DNA of 64,000 nucleotides from Tissierellales bacterium (GTDB lineage: Bacteria > Bacillota > Clostridia > Tissierellales > JAOAQY01). The stretch spans positions 32,207 to 96,206 of the forward strand of contig JAOAQY010000034.1 of the NCBI GenBank assembly GCA_025210965.1. The letters run 5' to 3'. How positions within the stretch are numbered: the first letter of the stretch is position 1; every line of letters starts with the position of its first letter. Below, piece by piece: positions 8,926 through 18,782 of the stretch. The notes under the pieces are model-generated. The model did not search any database, had not been told where the DNA came from, and was given only the letters and a program-made list of their open reading frames with translations. The translations under genes and the position numbers were made by a program.

Positions 8926-10038
8926 ATGGCAGGATTGGTATTAAAAAATATTGAGAAAATCTATCCTGGAGATGTGAAAGCGGTAGATGATTTTAATTTA
9001 AAGATTGAAGATAAAGAGTTTATTGTGTTTGTAGGACCATCAGGGTGTGGGAAATCTACAACTTTGAGAATGATAGCTGGTTTGGAAGAAATTAGTGGTG
9101 GTGAACTTTATATTGATGATGAATTAATGAATGAGGTTCCGCCAAAAGATCGAAATATTGCTATGGTATTCCAAAATTATGCGCTTTATCCTCACATGAC
9201 AGTTTATGATAACATGGCTTTTGGATTGAAACTTAGAAAAGTGTCAAAAAGTGAAATAGATGAAAAGGTGAAATCAGCAGCTAAGATATTAGGACTAGAA
9301 GAATATCTTAGCCGAAAGCCGAGAGCGTTGTCAGGTGGACAGAGGCAGCGTGTTGCGCTTGGAAGAGCATTAGTTAGAAATCCTAAGGTGTTTTTACTTG
9401 ATGAACCTTTGTCAAACTTGGATGCAAAACTTAGAGTTCAAACGCGTACAGAAATATCTAAACTTCATAAAAAGCTTGAAACAACATTTATATATGTAAC
9501 GCATGACCAGACAGAGGCTATGACCATGGCTGATAGAATTGTAGTAATGAAAGATGGTGTTATGCAACAAGCGGCAACGCCTAAAGAAGTTTACGATAAC
9601 CCAGCTAATATGTTTGTCGCAGGTTTTATTGGAAGTCCACAGATGAATTTTATATCAGCTGAAATTAGTGGATCATCAGTTGAGAATTGTAAAATTAATT
9701 TTGGAGATGTTTCTTTTGAAGTACCTAAAGGAAAAGCAGAAACTGTAGTTGAGAAGGGTTACCTAGGGAAAAAGGTTTTTTTAGGAATTAGACCAGAGCA
9801 TTTGCATGAAGAGCAGGCATTTATAGATTTATCAAGAGACTCTGTGATGAAGGTAAAGGTTGATGTGGTTGAAATGATGGGGTCTGAATCTTACTTGTAT
9901 ATAGATGTTTATGGTAATAGAGGAATTGCAAGGGTGGACTCTAGATTTTCTCCGGCTATGGGTGAAGTTATAGAATTAGCAATTGACAAAAATAGAATTA
10001 AGTTATTTGATGCAGATACTGAGGAAAGTATAATATAA
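8926..10038 (+). CDS. Carbohydrate-type ABC transporter ATP-binding protein (MsmX/MalK/UgpC family), orphan
   Basis: It has Walker [10 protein letters not shown], signature LSGGQRQR and Walker B FLLDEP, plus a C-terminal MalK-like regulatory domain. There are no adjacent permease genes. Confidence 0.85.
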   Translation: MAGLVLKNIEKIYPGDVKAVDDFNLKIEDKEFIVFVGPSGCGKSTTLRMIAGLEEISGGELYIDDELMNEVPPKDRNIAMVFQNYALYPHMTVYDNMAFGLKLRKVSKSEIDEKVKSAAKILGLEEYLSRKPRALSGGQRQRVALGRALVRNPKVFLLDEPLSNLDAKLRVQTRTEISKLHKKLETTFIYVTHDQTEAMTMADRIVVMKDGVMQQAATPKEVYDNPANMFVAGFIGSPQMNFISAEISGSSVENCKINFGDVSFEVPKGKAETVVEKGYLGKKVFLGIRPEHLHEEQAFIDLSRDSVMKVKVDVVEMMGSESYLYIDVYGNRGIARVDSRFSPAMGEVIELAIDKNRIKLFDADTEESII

Positions 10039-10088
10039 GCTATGGGGCATTGAGTTCGCAATTTTACAAGGCCCCTACCTCATGCTAG

Positions 10089-10115
10089 CGAGAGAGAAAT
10101 CTCTCGCTTTTTTTT
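10089..10115 (+). terminator. Intrinsic terminator after the MsmX-like gene
   Basis: The stem GCGAGAG/CTCTCGC is followed by TTTTTTTT. Confidence 0.75.
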
Positions 10116-10135
10116 ATTTTCATAAAATAAAAAGC

Positions 10136-10164
10136 TTTACAACTTTATCAAACTAAAGTATAAT
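10136..10164 (+). promoter_or_regulatory. SigA-type promoter of the amino-acid ABC transporter operon
   Basis: The arrangement is TTTACA - 17 nt - TATAAT. Confidence 0.6.
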
Positions 10165-10275
10165 TAGATTCATAGTTTAGTTCACTAAAGTAAAAAGGGG
10201 GGATGACTATGGACCATCATCATTCTATTATAAAAAGAATTGTAGAAGACAAACATAAAAATGGAGGAATTGAAA

Positions 10276-11079
10276 ATGAAAAAGATATTAGTATTAGTCA
10301 TCGCAGCGATGATTGTTTTGGGGTTAGCAGGATGTAGTGGAAATACATCTAAAGTTGGAATAGAAGCGATAAAGGAAAAAGGTAAAATAGTGGTAGGTTT
10401 GGATGATAATTTTCCACCTATGGGATTTGTAGATGAAACTGGAGAAATAGTTGGTTTTGATATAGATTTGGCAAAAGCTGTTGGAGAGAAACTTGGCGTT
10501 GAAGTTGAATTTAAGCCAGTTGAATGGGATGGCATTATATTATCGCTTATAAATAAAGATATAGATTTAATTTGGAATGGGCTCACTATAACAGAAGAGA
10601 GAAAAAAGAAAATAGGATTTTCAGGAGCATATATGGCGAATAAACAAATTGTTGTTGTAAATGGAGATTCAAAAGTAAATAGTTTGAAAGATTTGAGTGG
10701 GAAAATTGTTGCAGCACAGCTTGAAAGTAGTAGTTCGGAAGCTATAGATTCAAAGGCTGGTTTTAAAGAATCACTAAATGATGTAAAGTATTATCCTACG
10801 AATACAGAAGCGTTCATGGATTTGCAAATTGGAAGAGTAGATGCGCTTGTGGTGGATGAAATTTTGGGAAGATATTACATTGAACAATCAGAATCTGATT
10901 TCAAAGTTCTTGAAGAGGATCTTGGAAAAGAGTTGTACGGAATTGGTATGAGAATGGAAGATGATACTCTAAAAAAAGAAATTGATAAGTACTTGAAAGA
11001 GCTGAAAAAAGAAGGAAAATCGAAAGAGATTTCAGAAAAATGGTTTGGAGAAGATATAGTATTGACGGAGGCAGAATAA
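10276..11079 (+). CDS. Polar amino-acid ABC transporter substrate-binding lipoprotein
   Basis: It has a signal peptide with the lipobox LAGC and family-3 SBP motifs (VGLDDNFPPMGF, DLIWNGLTITEERKK). The RBS GGAGGA lies 7 nt before ATG 10276. Confidence 0.85.
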   Translation: MKKILVLVIAAMIVLGLAGCSGNTSKVGIEAIKEKGKIVVGLDDNFPPMGFVDETGEIVGFDIDLAKAVGEKLGVEVEFKPVEWDGIILSLINKDIDLIWNGLTITEERKKKIGFSGAYMANKQIVVVNGDSKVNSLKDLSGKIVAAQLESSSSEAIDSKAGFKESLNDVKYYPTNTEAFMDLQIGRVDALVVDEILGRYYIEQSESDFKVLEEDLGKELYGIGMRMEDDTLKKEIDKYLKELKKEGKSKEISEKWFGEDIVLTEAE

Positions 11080-11721
11080 ATGAATGAAGTAATTCAAACA
11101 ATACAATTCATGATAAAGGGCGTTGGCTTAACGACAGCCCTTTATCTATTTACAATATTAGGAGCATATCCACTTGGAATAGCTCTGGCATTTTTAAGGA
11201 AAAGAGAAAATAAAATAGTAGAGAACATTATATTTTTATATACATGGCTTTTTAGAGGAACGCCACTTCTATTGCAATTATTTTTTGTTTATTTTGGTTT
11301 ACCTGCTATAGGAATTCGTTTAGGAGCTTTTCAATCGGCATTGCTGGCTTTTGTTTTGAACTACGGAGCTTATATGACGGAAATTATAAGAGGCGGTATA
11401 AACGCTATAGACAAAGGTCAATGGGAAGCTGCCAAAGTATTAAAATTATCTAAAAAAACTTTGTATATGAAAATAATATTACCTCAAGCTATTAAGAATT
11501 GTTTACCTTCTATAGCAAATGAATCTATAACACTGGTAAAAGATACAGCGTTAGTCGCAGCTATAGGTATGGGAGATGTCCTAAGAGCTGCAAAACAAGT
11601 AGTTACTAGAGACATAGTTATATATCCATTTATACTTGCGGCAGTGTTCTATTTGATTTTTACAGCTATAGTAGTTTTTGGATTTAAGAAAATTGAAAAA
11701 TATTATGAAAAATGGGGTTAA
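11080..11721 (+). CDS. Amino-acid ABC transporter permease (His/Glu/Gln/Arg/opine family)
   Basis: It has the TM profile and the EAA-like loop (YMTEIIRGGINAIDKGQWEAAKVL). Confidence 0.85.
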   Translation: MNEVIQTIQFMIKGVGLTTALYLFTILGAYPLGIALAFLRKRENKIVENIIFLYTWLFRGTPLLLQLFFVYFGLPAIGIRLGAFQSALLAFVLNYGAYMTEIIRGGINAIDKGQWEAAKVLKLSKKTLYMKIILPQAIKNCLPSIANESITLVKDTALVAAIGMGDVLRAAKQVVTRDIVIYPFILAAVFYLIFTAIVVFGFKKIEKYYEKWG

Positions 11722-11724
11722 AAT

Positions 11725-12393
11725 ATGATTAAATGTAGAAATGTAAGCAAAAAGTATGATTCGTTAGAGGTGCTTAAAGCTATAAATTTGGATATAAAAA
11801 AAGGAGAAATAGTATCTATTATAGGGCCATCTGGATCGGGGAAAAGTACATTGCTTAAAGTTATAGCTAGTCTTGAGAGTATAGATAGTGGGATCATTGA
11901 AACTAATGGTTCTTTAGGGATGGTATTTCAAAACTATAATTTATTTAAAAATATGGATGCAATAGAAAATATAACTATTGGTCTTAAAGACGTGAAAAAA
12001 AATACTAGTGAAGAAGCGCTATTAATTGCAAGAGATTCACTAAAGAAGGTTGGTTTAGCGGATAGAGAAAATCATTATCCGAATCAACTTTCAGGTGGTC
12101 AAAAACAGAGGTTGTCTATAGCGAGATCTCTTGCTATGTCGTCGGATATAATATTATTTGATGAGCCTACTGCGGCATTAGATCCAGAACTTACTCAAGA
12201 GGTTTTGCAAACAATTAAATCGTTAGCTGATGAAGGTCTTAGCTTAGTTATAGTAACCCATGAAGTTGAATTCGCAAAGGCAATTTCTGATAGAATAATA
12301 TTTATGGAAGATGGCGAAATAATAATGGATGCGCATATAGATGAAATAAGCTATAATAGTAGTGATAGGATTAGAGAATATTTGAAAATTTAA
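11725..12393 (+). CDS. Amino-acid ABC transporter ATP-binding protein
   Basis: Walker A is GPSGSGKST, the signature is LSGGQKQR and Walker B is ILFDEPT. Confidence 0.9.
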   Translation: MIKCRNVSKKYDSLEVLKAINLDIKKGEIVSIIGPSGSGKSTLLKVIASLESIDSGIIETNGSLGMVFQNYNLFKNMDAIENITIGLKDVKKNTSEEALLIARDSLKKVGLADRENHYPNQLSGGQKQRLSIARSLAMSSDIILFDEPTAALDPELTQEVLQTIKSLADEGLSLVIVTHEVEFAKAISDRIIFMEDGEIIMDAHIDEISYNSSDRIREYLKI

Positions 12394-12429
12394 TTCTATC
12401 AACTAGAAAATTTAGAAATGAGGAATTAA

Positions 12430-13593
12430 ATGGAAGCGAATGTTAAAATTTCTTATGCAAAATTATTGCTTATTGTAATTGTAGGTATTATATTTTTCAA
12501 TGTCGTAAATGATGCGGAAAAGTTTAGATGGCTTATGAGTATATTGACTCCACTACTTACTGCATTTGCTATTGCGTATTTACTAGATCCTATGGTTAGC
12601 TTTTTTATGAGAAACTTGAAGGTATCAAGAGGAATAAGTATAGCGTTGACTACAATAATAGTTATAGGTGTAGTCTTCTTTTTAGTTATGATAGGATTAC
12701 CATATTTGGCTAAAAGTTTAACTGATTCTTTCAATGCACTATCTTCTTATATGGGGCAAGTTGATGAGATACTAACTAAGGTGGAAACTTCCTTTAATAG
12801 ACCAGAAGTTTATCAAATAACAGCGAAGATACGAGTGTATATAGATAAATTTGCAGAATCTGTGGGGACGTGGGTACCTGATATTGCGCCGCTTGTGCTT
12901 AATAAAGCTTTGAATTTTACACTTAGTGTTTTTGGTGTAGTTATCAGTTTTTTCTTGGCTATATACATGTTGGTAGATAAATCAGATTTGATGGCACGAG
13001 TGAAGCGGTTTATTTATGCGTTTAAGAAAAAAGAGTCTGCTGATCAATTTATGAATACTTTGGAAGAAGCAAATGATATTTTTTCTAAATTCTTAGTGGG
13101 GAAATTCATAGACTCTCTAATAATTGGAATTATTTGTTTCCTTGTGTTATTTATATTTAAGATACCAAATGGTGCTTTGATAAGTACAATTGTAGGTATA
13201 ACCAATATGATACCTTATTTTGGCCCGTTTATAGGAGCTGTACCATCTGTATTGATTACACTTCTTATTGATCCTATAAAAGCACTTTGGCTTATGATTA
13301 TAATATTTGCGTTACAACAATTCGATGGATTGTATTTAGGACCCAAAATATTAGGTGATAGAGTTGGAGTTAGACCTTTTTGGATATTACTTGCCGTTAC
13401 GCTTGGCGGAAAAGTGATGGGGGTTGTTGGAATGCTTTTGGGTGTTCCTTTTGTGGTACTTATTAAAAGTATACTTGAGCGTAAAATAAAGAGCAGACTT
13501 GAAAAGTTAGAGATGTCTGATTTTTGTGAGGACGATTTGCTAGATAAAAAAGAGAAATTTAAGGCTATAAAAAAAATAATTGTAAAAAAATAA
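12430..13593 (+). CDS. AI-2E family transporter (PerM-like membrane protein)
   Basis: It is a polytopic membrane protein with the typical ...NMIPYFGPFIGAVP... motif. Confidence 0.75.
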   Translation: MEANVKISYAKLLLIVIVGIIFFNVVNDAEKFRWLMSILTPLLTAFAIAYLLDPMVSFFMRNLKVSRGISIALTTIIVIGVVFFLVMIGLPYLAKSLTDSFNALSSYMGQVDEILTKVETSFNRPEVYQITAKIRVYIDKFAESVGTWVPDIAPLVLNKALNFTLSVFGVVISFFLAIYMLVDKSDLMARVKRFIYAFKKKESADQFMNTLEEANDIFSKFLVGKFIDSLIIGIICFLVLFIFKIPNGALISTIVGITNMIPYFGPFIGAVPSVLITLLIDPIKALWLMIIIFALQQFDGLYLGPKILGDRVGVRPFWILLAVTLGGKVMGVVGMLLGVPFVVLIKSILERKIKSRLEKLEMSDFCEDDLLDKKEKFKAIKKIIVKK

Positions 13594-13628
13594 ATGCTGA
13601 TTTTTATTAGAAAACAGTGGTATTAAAA

Positions 13629-13651
13629 ATAGGAGCGAATGCTCCTATTTT
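13629..13651 (+). terminator. Intrinsic terminator
   Basis: The stem ATAGGAGC/GCTCCTAT has a GAAT loop and is followed by TTTT. Confidence 0.6.
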
Positions 13652-13675
13652 GATGTCAATAAGAGGTGTTTTATT

Positions 13676-14326
13676 ATGAAAATAAAAAAATTAGTTGTAG
13701 GAATATTATTAGCACTATATATGGCAAGTTTGAGCGTAGTTATTGCAGGAAATTTTGAAATAAATATGTACAAAAGCATATTATCAGAAATGCATTTAGA
13801 ACGGTATGTTAATTTAGAAAGAGATACAGTTGAGAAAGAAATAACTCATTTAATAGAATACACGCTAAATGCTGAAATTAAAGAGCTTAGATTAAACTAT
13901 TTTGAGCTATCAAGTGATTCAGCCTATCACTTTGAAGAAGTAAAGCATATCGTAAATAGCATAAATCAAATTGTCATATATGCAACACCATTTGTATTAG
14001 CAATTGTAGTTTGGATTATAGCAAGAAATCGAAAAGGATATTTAAAGTATGCAATGATTAGCTCAATAGTAATTTTGTTGATAATTGGGGTTAGCTTTTT
14101 ATTTTTTGAGGATTGGTCATTTGAATTTTTTCACAGACTTGTTTTTAAAAATGAATATTGGATTTTTGATCCGCGAATAGATCCTATTATTTATGTTTTA
14201 CCACAGAAATTTTTTATAAATAGTTTGTATTTGATTTTAAGTATTTATTTAGGATTCAATGTCATTGTATTTTATATTGAGAGGAAAATAATACAAAGAG
14301 TTAAAGAGAAAAGTGTTTCATTATAG
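13676..14326 (+). CDS. Integral membrane protein (probably TIGR01906/DUF1461-like)
   Basis: It is 216 aa with an N-terminal TM, a central soluble part and 3 C-terminal TMs. The family assignment is from memory only. Confidence 0.45.
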   Translation: MKIKKLVVGILLALYMASLSVVIAGNFEINMYKSILSEMHLERYVNLERDTVEKEITHLIEYTLNAEIKELRLNYFELSSDSAYHFEEVKHIVNSINQIVIYATPFVLAIVVWIIARNRKGYLKYAMISSIVILLIIGVSFLFFEDWSFEFFHRLVFKNEYWIFDPRIDPIIYVLPQKFFINSLYLILSIYLGFNVIVFYIERKIIQRVKEKSVSL

Positions 14327-14368
14327 CTAAGTTTCTGTTATCATTAGAACAAAAGGAGGTATTTGACT

Positions 14369-14692
14369 ATGGAAAATAAAATTACTATTCAGTTTGAAAA
14401 CGGAGAAGAGGCACTTTGTGACGTATTGTGCTTGTTTGAAACAGATGAGCATGAATATATCGCATTACTACCAGAAGATGGAGAAGAGGTATTCTTGTAT
14501 AGATATGAAGAACAAGATGGCGCTATTGCCTTAGATAATATAGAAACAGATGAAGAATACGAGCAAGTAGCTGAGATATTCGAAGCTATATTAGAAGAAG
14601 AGCATGACCATGACCATGAATGTGGTTGTGGCTGTCACGATGACGAAGAGAAACATGAGTGCGAGTGTGGCGGAAACTGCGGTTGCGAATAA
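14369..14692 (+). CDS. DUF1292-like acidic protein with C-terminal Cys/His-rich tail
   Basis: The core FENGEEALCDVLCLFETDEHEYIALLPEDGEE...LYRYEE resembles DUF1292. The tail is HDHDHECGCGCHDDEEKHECECGGNCGCE. The RBS AAGGAGG lies 9 nt before ATG 14369. Confidence 0.6.
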   Translation: MENKITIQFENGEEALCDVLCLFETDEHEYIALLPEDGEEVFLYRYEEQDGAIALDNIETDEEYEQVAEIFEAILEEEHDHDHECGCGCHDDEEKHECECGGNCGCE

Positions 14693-14707
14693 TTAATTGA
14701 GTTAAGG

Positions 14708-14732
14708 AAGGAGGGAGAATTCCCTTCTTTTT
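14708..14732 (+). terminator. Probable intrinsic terminator
   Basis: An imperfect stem around GGGA-GAAT-TCCC is followed by TCTTTTT. Confidence 0.5.
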
Positions 14733-14776
14733 GCTCGTTTAAATTAAATTTTAATAAACTAGGGGGAGTTATAACT

Positions 14777-16078
14777 ATGGAACAATCAAAACAATTTGCT
14801 AAAGACCTTTTATCATTTATAGATGATTCGCCTTCAAAATTTCATGTTGTTGAAAATTTGAGAAAGGATTTGGTAGAATCAGGTTATCAAGAATTAGTTT
14901 TATCTGAACCATGGAAGTTAGATAGAGAGAAAAAATACTTTGTAACAAAAAATGATTCAGCATTAGTAGCTTTTAAAACTGGGGCAAAATTACCATCAGA
15001 AACTGGATTTAAGCTTATTGGTGCACATACTGATGCTCCTACATTTAGTATAAAGCCAATGCCTGAAATAAAAGCGGAAGGATCATATCTGAAATTAAAT
15101 ACAGAGGTATATGGTGGACCAATATATAATACATGGATGGATAGACCACTTTCTATAGCTGGTAGAGTTTGCGTGAAATCAGATTCACCATTAAAACCTA
15201 CAACTATAATTGTTGATATGAATAAACCTCTTATGATAATTCCAAATTTGGCTATACATTTCCAAAGAGAAGTAAATAATGGATATAAATACAATGCGCA
15301 GAAAGATTTGTTGCCACTTGTTGAAATGATAAATGATGAATTTGAAAAAGAAAATTACTTAGTAAAAAAATTAGCAGAACACATAGGTGTCAAAGCAGAA
15401 GAAATACTAGATTTTGAACTAACACTTTATGAATTTGCAAAGGGTAGTTTGGTAGGATTCAATGAAGAATTTATATCATCTGGTAAATTAGATGATTTGG
15501 CTATGGTTCATGCAGGAATCGAAGCACTTAAAACATCTAAAGATGTAGATTCTACAAATGTCATGATTTGCTTTGACAATGAAGAGGTTGGAAGTAGAAC
15601 AAAACAAGGTGCAGCTTCACCAATGTTGAAAAATATATTAGAGAGAATTTGTTTGTCTTACGATGAAGACAGAGAACACTTTATGACTGCACTTTACAAA
15701 TCATTTATGATATCTGCAGATATGGCACATGCAGTACACCCTAATTATGGTGAGGCACATGATCCAGTCACTAGACCGGTAATAAATAAAGGACCAGTAT
15801 TGAAAGTTAATGCAAGTCAGGCTTATACTACAGATGGTCAATCAGGAGCTGTGTTTAAAGCACTTTGCCAAGCTGCTGATGTGAACTTGCAGTACATGGC
15901 AAATAGATCTGATAAACGTGGTGGATCTACTATAGGTCCTATTAGCTCTACTCAATTAGATATAAAATCAGTTGATATTGGAAATCCTATGTTTGCAATG
16001 CATTCAGTTAGAGAACTTGGCGGAGTCGAAGACCATAGATCTGTATATAAAGTGTTTAAAACGTTCTTTGAAGCTTAG
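14777..16078 (+). CDS. M18 family aminopeptidase
   Basis: It has GAHTDAPTFSIKP, DNEEVGS and SADMAHAVHPNY motifs and is 433 aa. Confidence 0.85.
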   Translation: MEQSKQFAKDLLSFIDDSPSKFHVVENLRKDLVESGYQELVLSEPWKLDREKKYFVTKNDSALVAFKTGAKLPSETGFKLIGAHTDAPTFSIKPMPEIKAEGSYLKLNTEVYGGPIYNTWMDRPLSIAGRVCVKSDSPLKPTTIIVDMNKPLMIIPNLAIHFQREVNNGYKYNAQKDLLPLVEMINDEFEKENYLVKKLAEHIGVKAEEILDFELTLYEFAKGSLVGFNEEFISSGKLDDLAMVHAGIEALKTSKDVDSTNVMICFDNEEVGSRTKQGAASPMLKNILERICLSYDEDREHFMTALYKSFMISADMAHAVHPNYGEAHDPVTRPVINKGPVLKVNASQAYTTDGQSGAVFKALCQAADVNLQYMANRSDKRGGSTIGPISSTQLDIKSVDIGNPMFAMHSVRELGGVEDHRSVYKVFKTFFEA

Positions 16079-16147
16079 TAATTCTTGCAAAAAAGTGATT
16101 TTTGTAGTAAGGTAAAGATGATGACTTATAATAAAGGAGAGAATTAG

Positions 16148-16888
16148 ATGGAAAATAAAGTTTTAGCCGTTGTTGAAGGTAGAGAAATAACAGAGCAAGA
16201 TCTTCATTTATTGATGCAAGGTTTGGGTCAGAGAGCTATGCAATTTAGTAGCGAAGAAGGTAGAAAACAATTAATTAACGAATTAGTAACTCAGGAGTTG
16301 TTTTTAGTAGACTCAAAAGATAAAAATTACGAAGCAGATAAAGAATATCAAGACGAATTAAAAAAAGTTACAGAAAATTTTACAAAGCAATATGCTATTG
16401 CAAAATTATTAAAAGCAGCTACAGTTGAAGAAGATGAAGCTGTGAAGTTCTACGATGAGCATAAGTCAATGTACAAAGTTAATGAGACAGTTCGTGCTAG
16501 CCACATTCTTGTAGATTCAGAAGAAAAAGCAAAGGCAGTTATGGGCGAAATTGAAGGTGGAAAAAGCTTTGAAGAAGCAGCTCAAGAACATTCAAGCTGT
16601 CCATCAAGTGCTAAAGGTGGAGATTTAGGTTCATTTGACCAAGGTAAAATGGTACCAGAATTTGAAGAAGCTGTATTTAGCATGAATATTGATGAGGTTA
16701 GAGGTCCTGTTCAAACACAGTTCGGATACCACATTATCAAAGTTACTGATAAAAAACCAGCTGGTGAGAAGACTTATGATGAAGTTAAAGAGCAAATCAA
16801 AGGTCAATTGGTAGCTATGAAGCAAAATAAATTGTATTTGGAAGAATCAGAAAGATTGAGAAGCGAATACAAAGTAGAAATCAAGTAA
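16148..16888 (+). CDS. Peptidyl-prolyl cis-trans isomerase (parvulin/PpiC type, no signal peptide visible)
   Basis: The parvulin core is RASHILV...CPSSAKGGDLGSF..GKMVPEFEEA...QFGYHIIKV. Confidence 0.8.
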   Translation: MENKVLAVVEGREITEQDLHLLMQGLGQRAMQFSSEEGRKQLINELVTQELFLVDSKDKNYEADKEYQDELKKVTENFTKQYAIAKLLKAATVEEDEAVKFYDEHKSMYKVNETVRASHILVDSEEKAKAVMGEIEGGKSFEEAAQEHSSCPSSAKGGDLGSFDQGKMVPEFEEAVFSMNIDEVRGPVQTQFGYHIIKVTDKKPAGEKTYDEVKEQIKGQLVAMKQNKLYLEESERLRSEYKVEIK

Positions 16889-16910
16889 CACCTAGAATTC
16901 AGAACTGATA

Positions 16911-16932
16911 GGTAGGGGAAACCCTACCTTTT
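16911..16932 (+). terminator. Intrinsic terminator
   Basis: The stem GGTAGGG/CCCTACC has a GAAA loop and is followed by TTTT. Confidence 0.7.
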
Positions 16933-16953
16933 CTATTTTAGAAGAGGTATAAT

Positions 16954-17919
16954 ATGGATAAAAATGTAATTAATGAAGACGAATTGTATAGAGTGTATTC
17001 AAGTGAATTAAAGAGAATGTATGGAGAAAAGGTTTATAAAATTCCAATTAACTTACCCGTTACTTGCCCTAATAGAGATGGAAAAGTGGGAACCGGAGGA
17101 TGTATTTATTGTGGCAGCATGGGGGCAGGTCATGAATCACTAGAATCTAATATTTCAGTTAAAGATCAATTTGAACAGAATTCAGCGTATATTCGCAAGA
17201 GATATAATGCAAAGAAATTTATTACTTATTTTCAAAACTTCTCAAATACATATATGCCGATTGAACAATTTAAAGAGTTTATGAAAGCTGGAATACAGAA
17301 AGATGTTCTTGAAATGGCTATATCAACGAGGCCAGATTGTATAAGTGATGAGTACTTGAAATATTTAAAGGCATTGTCAAATGAGAATAATGTCAAGATA
17401 ACAATAGAACTTGGTTTACAAACAGTAAACTATAAAACTTTAAAAATTATAAATAGAGGACATGGATTAGCTGAATTTATAGATGCAGTTTATAGAATTA
17501 AATCACATGGTTTTAAAGTTTGTGCTCATTTGATAATAGATTTACCATGGGATGATATTGTGGATGTAATTGAAGCTGCAAAAGTTTTGTCTGCACTGCG
17601 AGTAGATTATGTGAAATTACATGCTCTTTATATTGTTAAGAATACTAGATTGGCAGAGTTGTATGCAAATGAGGAAGTAACATTGCTAACGAAAGAAGAT
17701 TATATAAATCGAGTTATTGAATTTTTAATGTATCTAGATAAAGATATAGTTCTTCAGCGTTTGATTGGCAGAGCTCCAGAAAAGGATACCATAACAGCGA
17801 ATTGGAATACTAGTTGGTGGAAAATTAAAGACGAATTACTTGAGAAGATGATTATAAATGGGTATAGACAGGGTATGAAGTGTAACTATTTAAACGGAAG
17901 AGCATTGAAAGATATTTAG
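16954..17919 (+). CDS. Radical SAM protein (TIGR01212-like)
   Basis: It has Cys clusters CPNRDGKVGTGGCIYCG and a TIM-barrel-like remainder, and is 321 aa. Confidence 0.7.
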   Translation: MDKNVINEDELYRVYSSELKRMYGEKVYKIPINLPVTCPNRDGKVGTGGCIYCGSMGAGHESLESNISVKDQFEQNSAYIRKRYNAKKFITYFQNFSNTYMPIEQFKEFMKAGIQKDVLEMAISTRPDCISDEYLKYLKALSNENNVKITIELGLQTVNYKTLKIINRGHGLAEFIDAVYRIKSHGFKVCAHLIIDLPWDDIVDVIEAAKVLSALRVDYVKLHALYIVKNTRLAELYANEEVTLLTKEDYINRVIEFLMYLDKDIVLQRLIGRAPEKDTITANWNTSWWKIKDELLEKMIINGYRQGMKCNYLNGRALKDI

Positions 17920-17932
17920 AAGGAGATTGCGT

Positions 17933-18775
17933 ATGCTTGTATTTAATAGAAACCATGCTATAAAAGTTTTTGTTGAAATGTATAGGCGATTTAATGATCA
18001 TCATGCGACAGCATTAGGATCTGAAATAGCTTATTTTTTGCTTATGTCAATATTTCCTTTTTTAATGTTCTTGATGACGCTTTTGAGTTTTGCTAATCTG
18101 TCGTCAGATTTGGTAGTAGATTACATATATAGATATGTACCAGCAAAGTGGATTGATCTAAGTTTCATGGAGAATTATCTAGATTATTTGTTGAATGAAA
18201 GACACTATGTTGTACTTTTTTCTTCGCTGATATTTACTATATGGGCAGCATCAAAAGGAGTAAATGCAATATTTAGAGCATTAGATTCAGCATATGACAC
18301 TGTAGAATCAAGGTCGTATTTTAGAAGAAGAGGTATAGCGTATCTATATACTGTGATGCTAGGCGTTTGTATTGTTGCAATTATATTTTTCCCTATATTA
18401 GGGGAGTTTGTTTTTTCTAGATTAACGCAGTTAGAAATTGAGAATAACTTTATTCTTTGGATTATAGCAAGGTTTAAGTGGATCATATTTGCAGGAATAT
18501 TAGGTTTGGTATTAGCGTCGCTTTATTACGTTGCACCGAAGCCTAAGTTGACATTTAAGAGTATTTTACCAGGAACTATATTTACGTTAGCGAGTTGGGC
18601 CTTTATGTCTTATTTTTATTTGTTATATGTTAGATTTTTTACTAGATATACTACGATTTATGGTAGCCTAGGAGCATTGATATTGGCGATGATTTGGTTT
18701 TGGTTTTTGAGTGTAGCAATAGTGTTGGGTGGAGAATTAAATGCGGTTATTTGGGCATTAAAGAAGAAGGGATGA
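17933..18775 (+). CDS. YihY/BrkB family membrane protein
   Basis: It has a polytopic profile with a typical N-terminal region (...ATALGSEIAYFLLMSIFPFLMFL...). The RBS AAGGAG lies 7 nt before ATG 17933. Confidence 0.75.
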   Translation: MLVFNRNHAIKVFVEMYRRFNDHHATALGSEIAYFLLMSIFPFLMFLMTLLSFANLSSDLVVDYIYRYVPAKWIDLSFMENYLDYLLNERHYVVLFSSLIFTIWAASKGVNAIFRALDSAYDTVESRSYFRRRGIAYLYTVMLGVCIVAIIFFPILGEFVFSRLTQLEIENNFILWIIARFKWIIFAGILGLVLASLYYVAPKPKLTFKSILPGTIFTLASWAFMSYFYLLYVRFFTRYTTIYGSLGALILAMIWFWFLSVAIVLGGELNAVIWALKKKG

Positions 18776-18782
18776 AGCTGGA

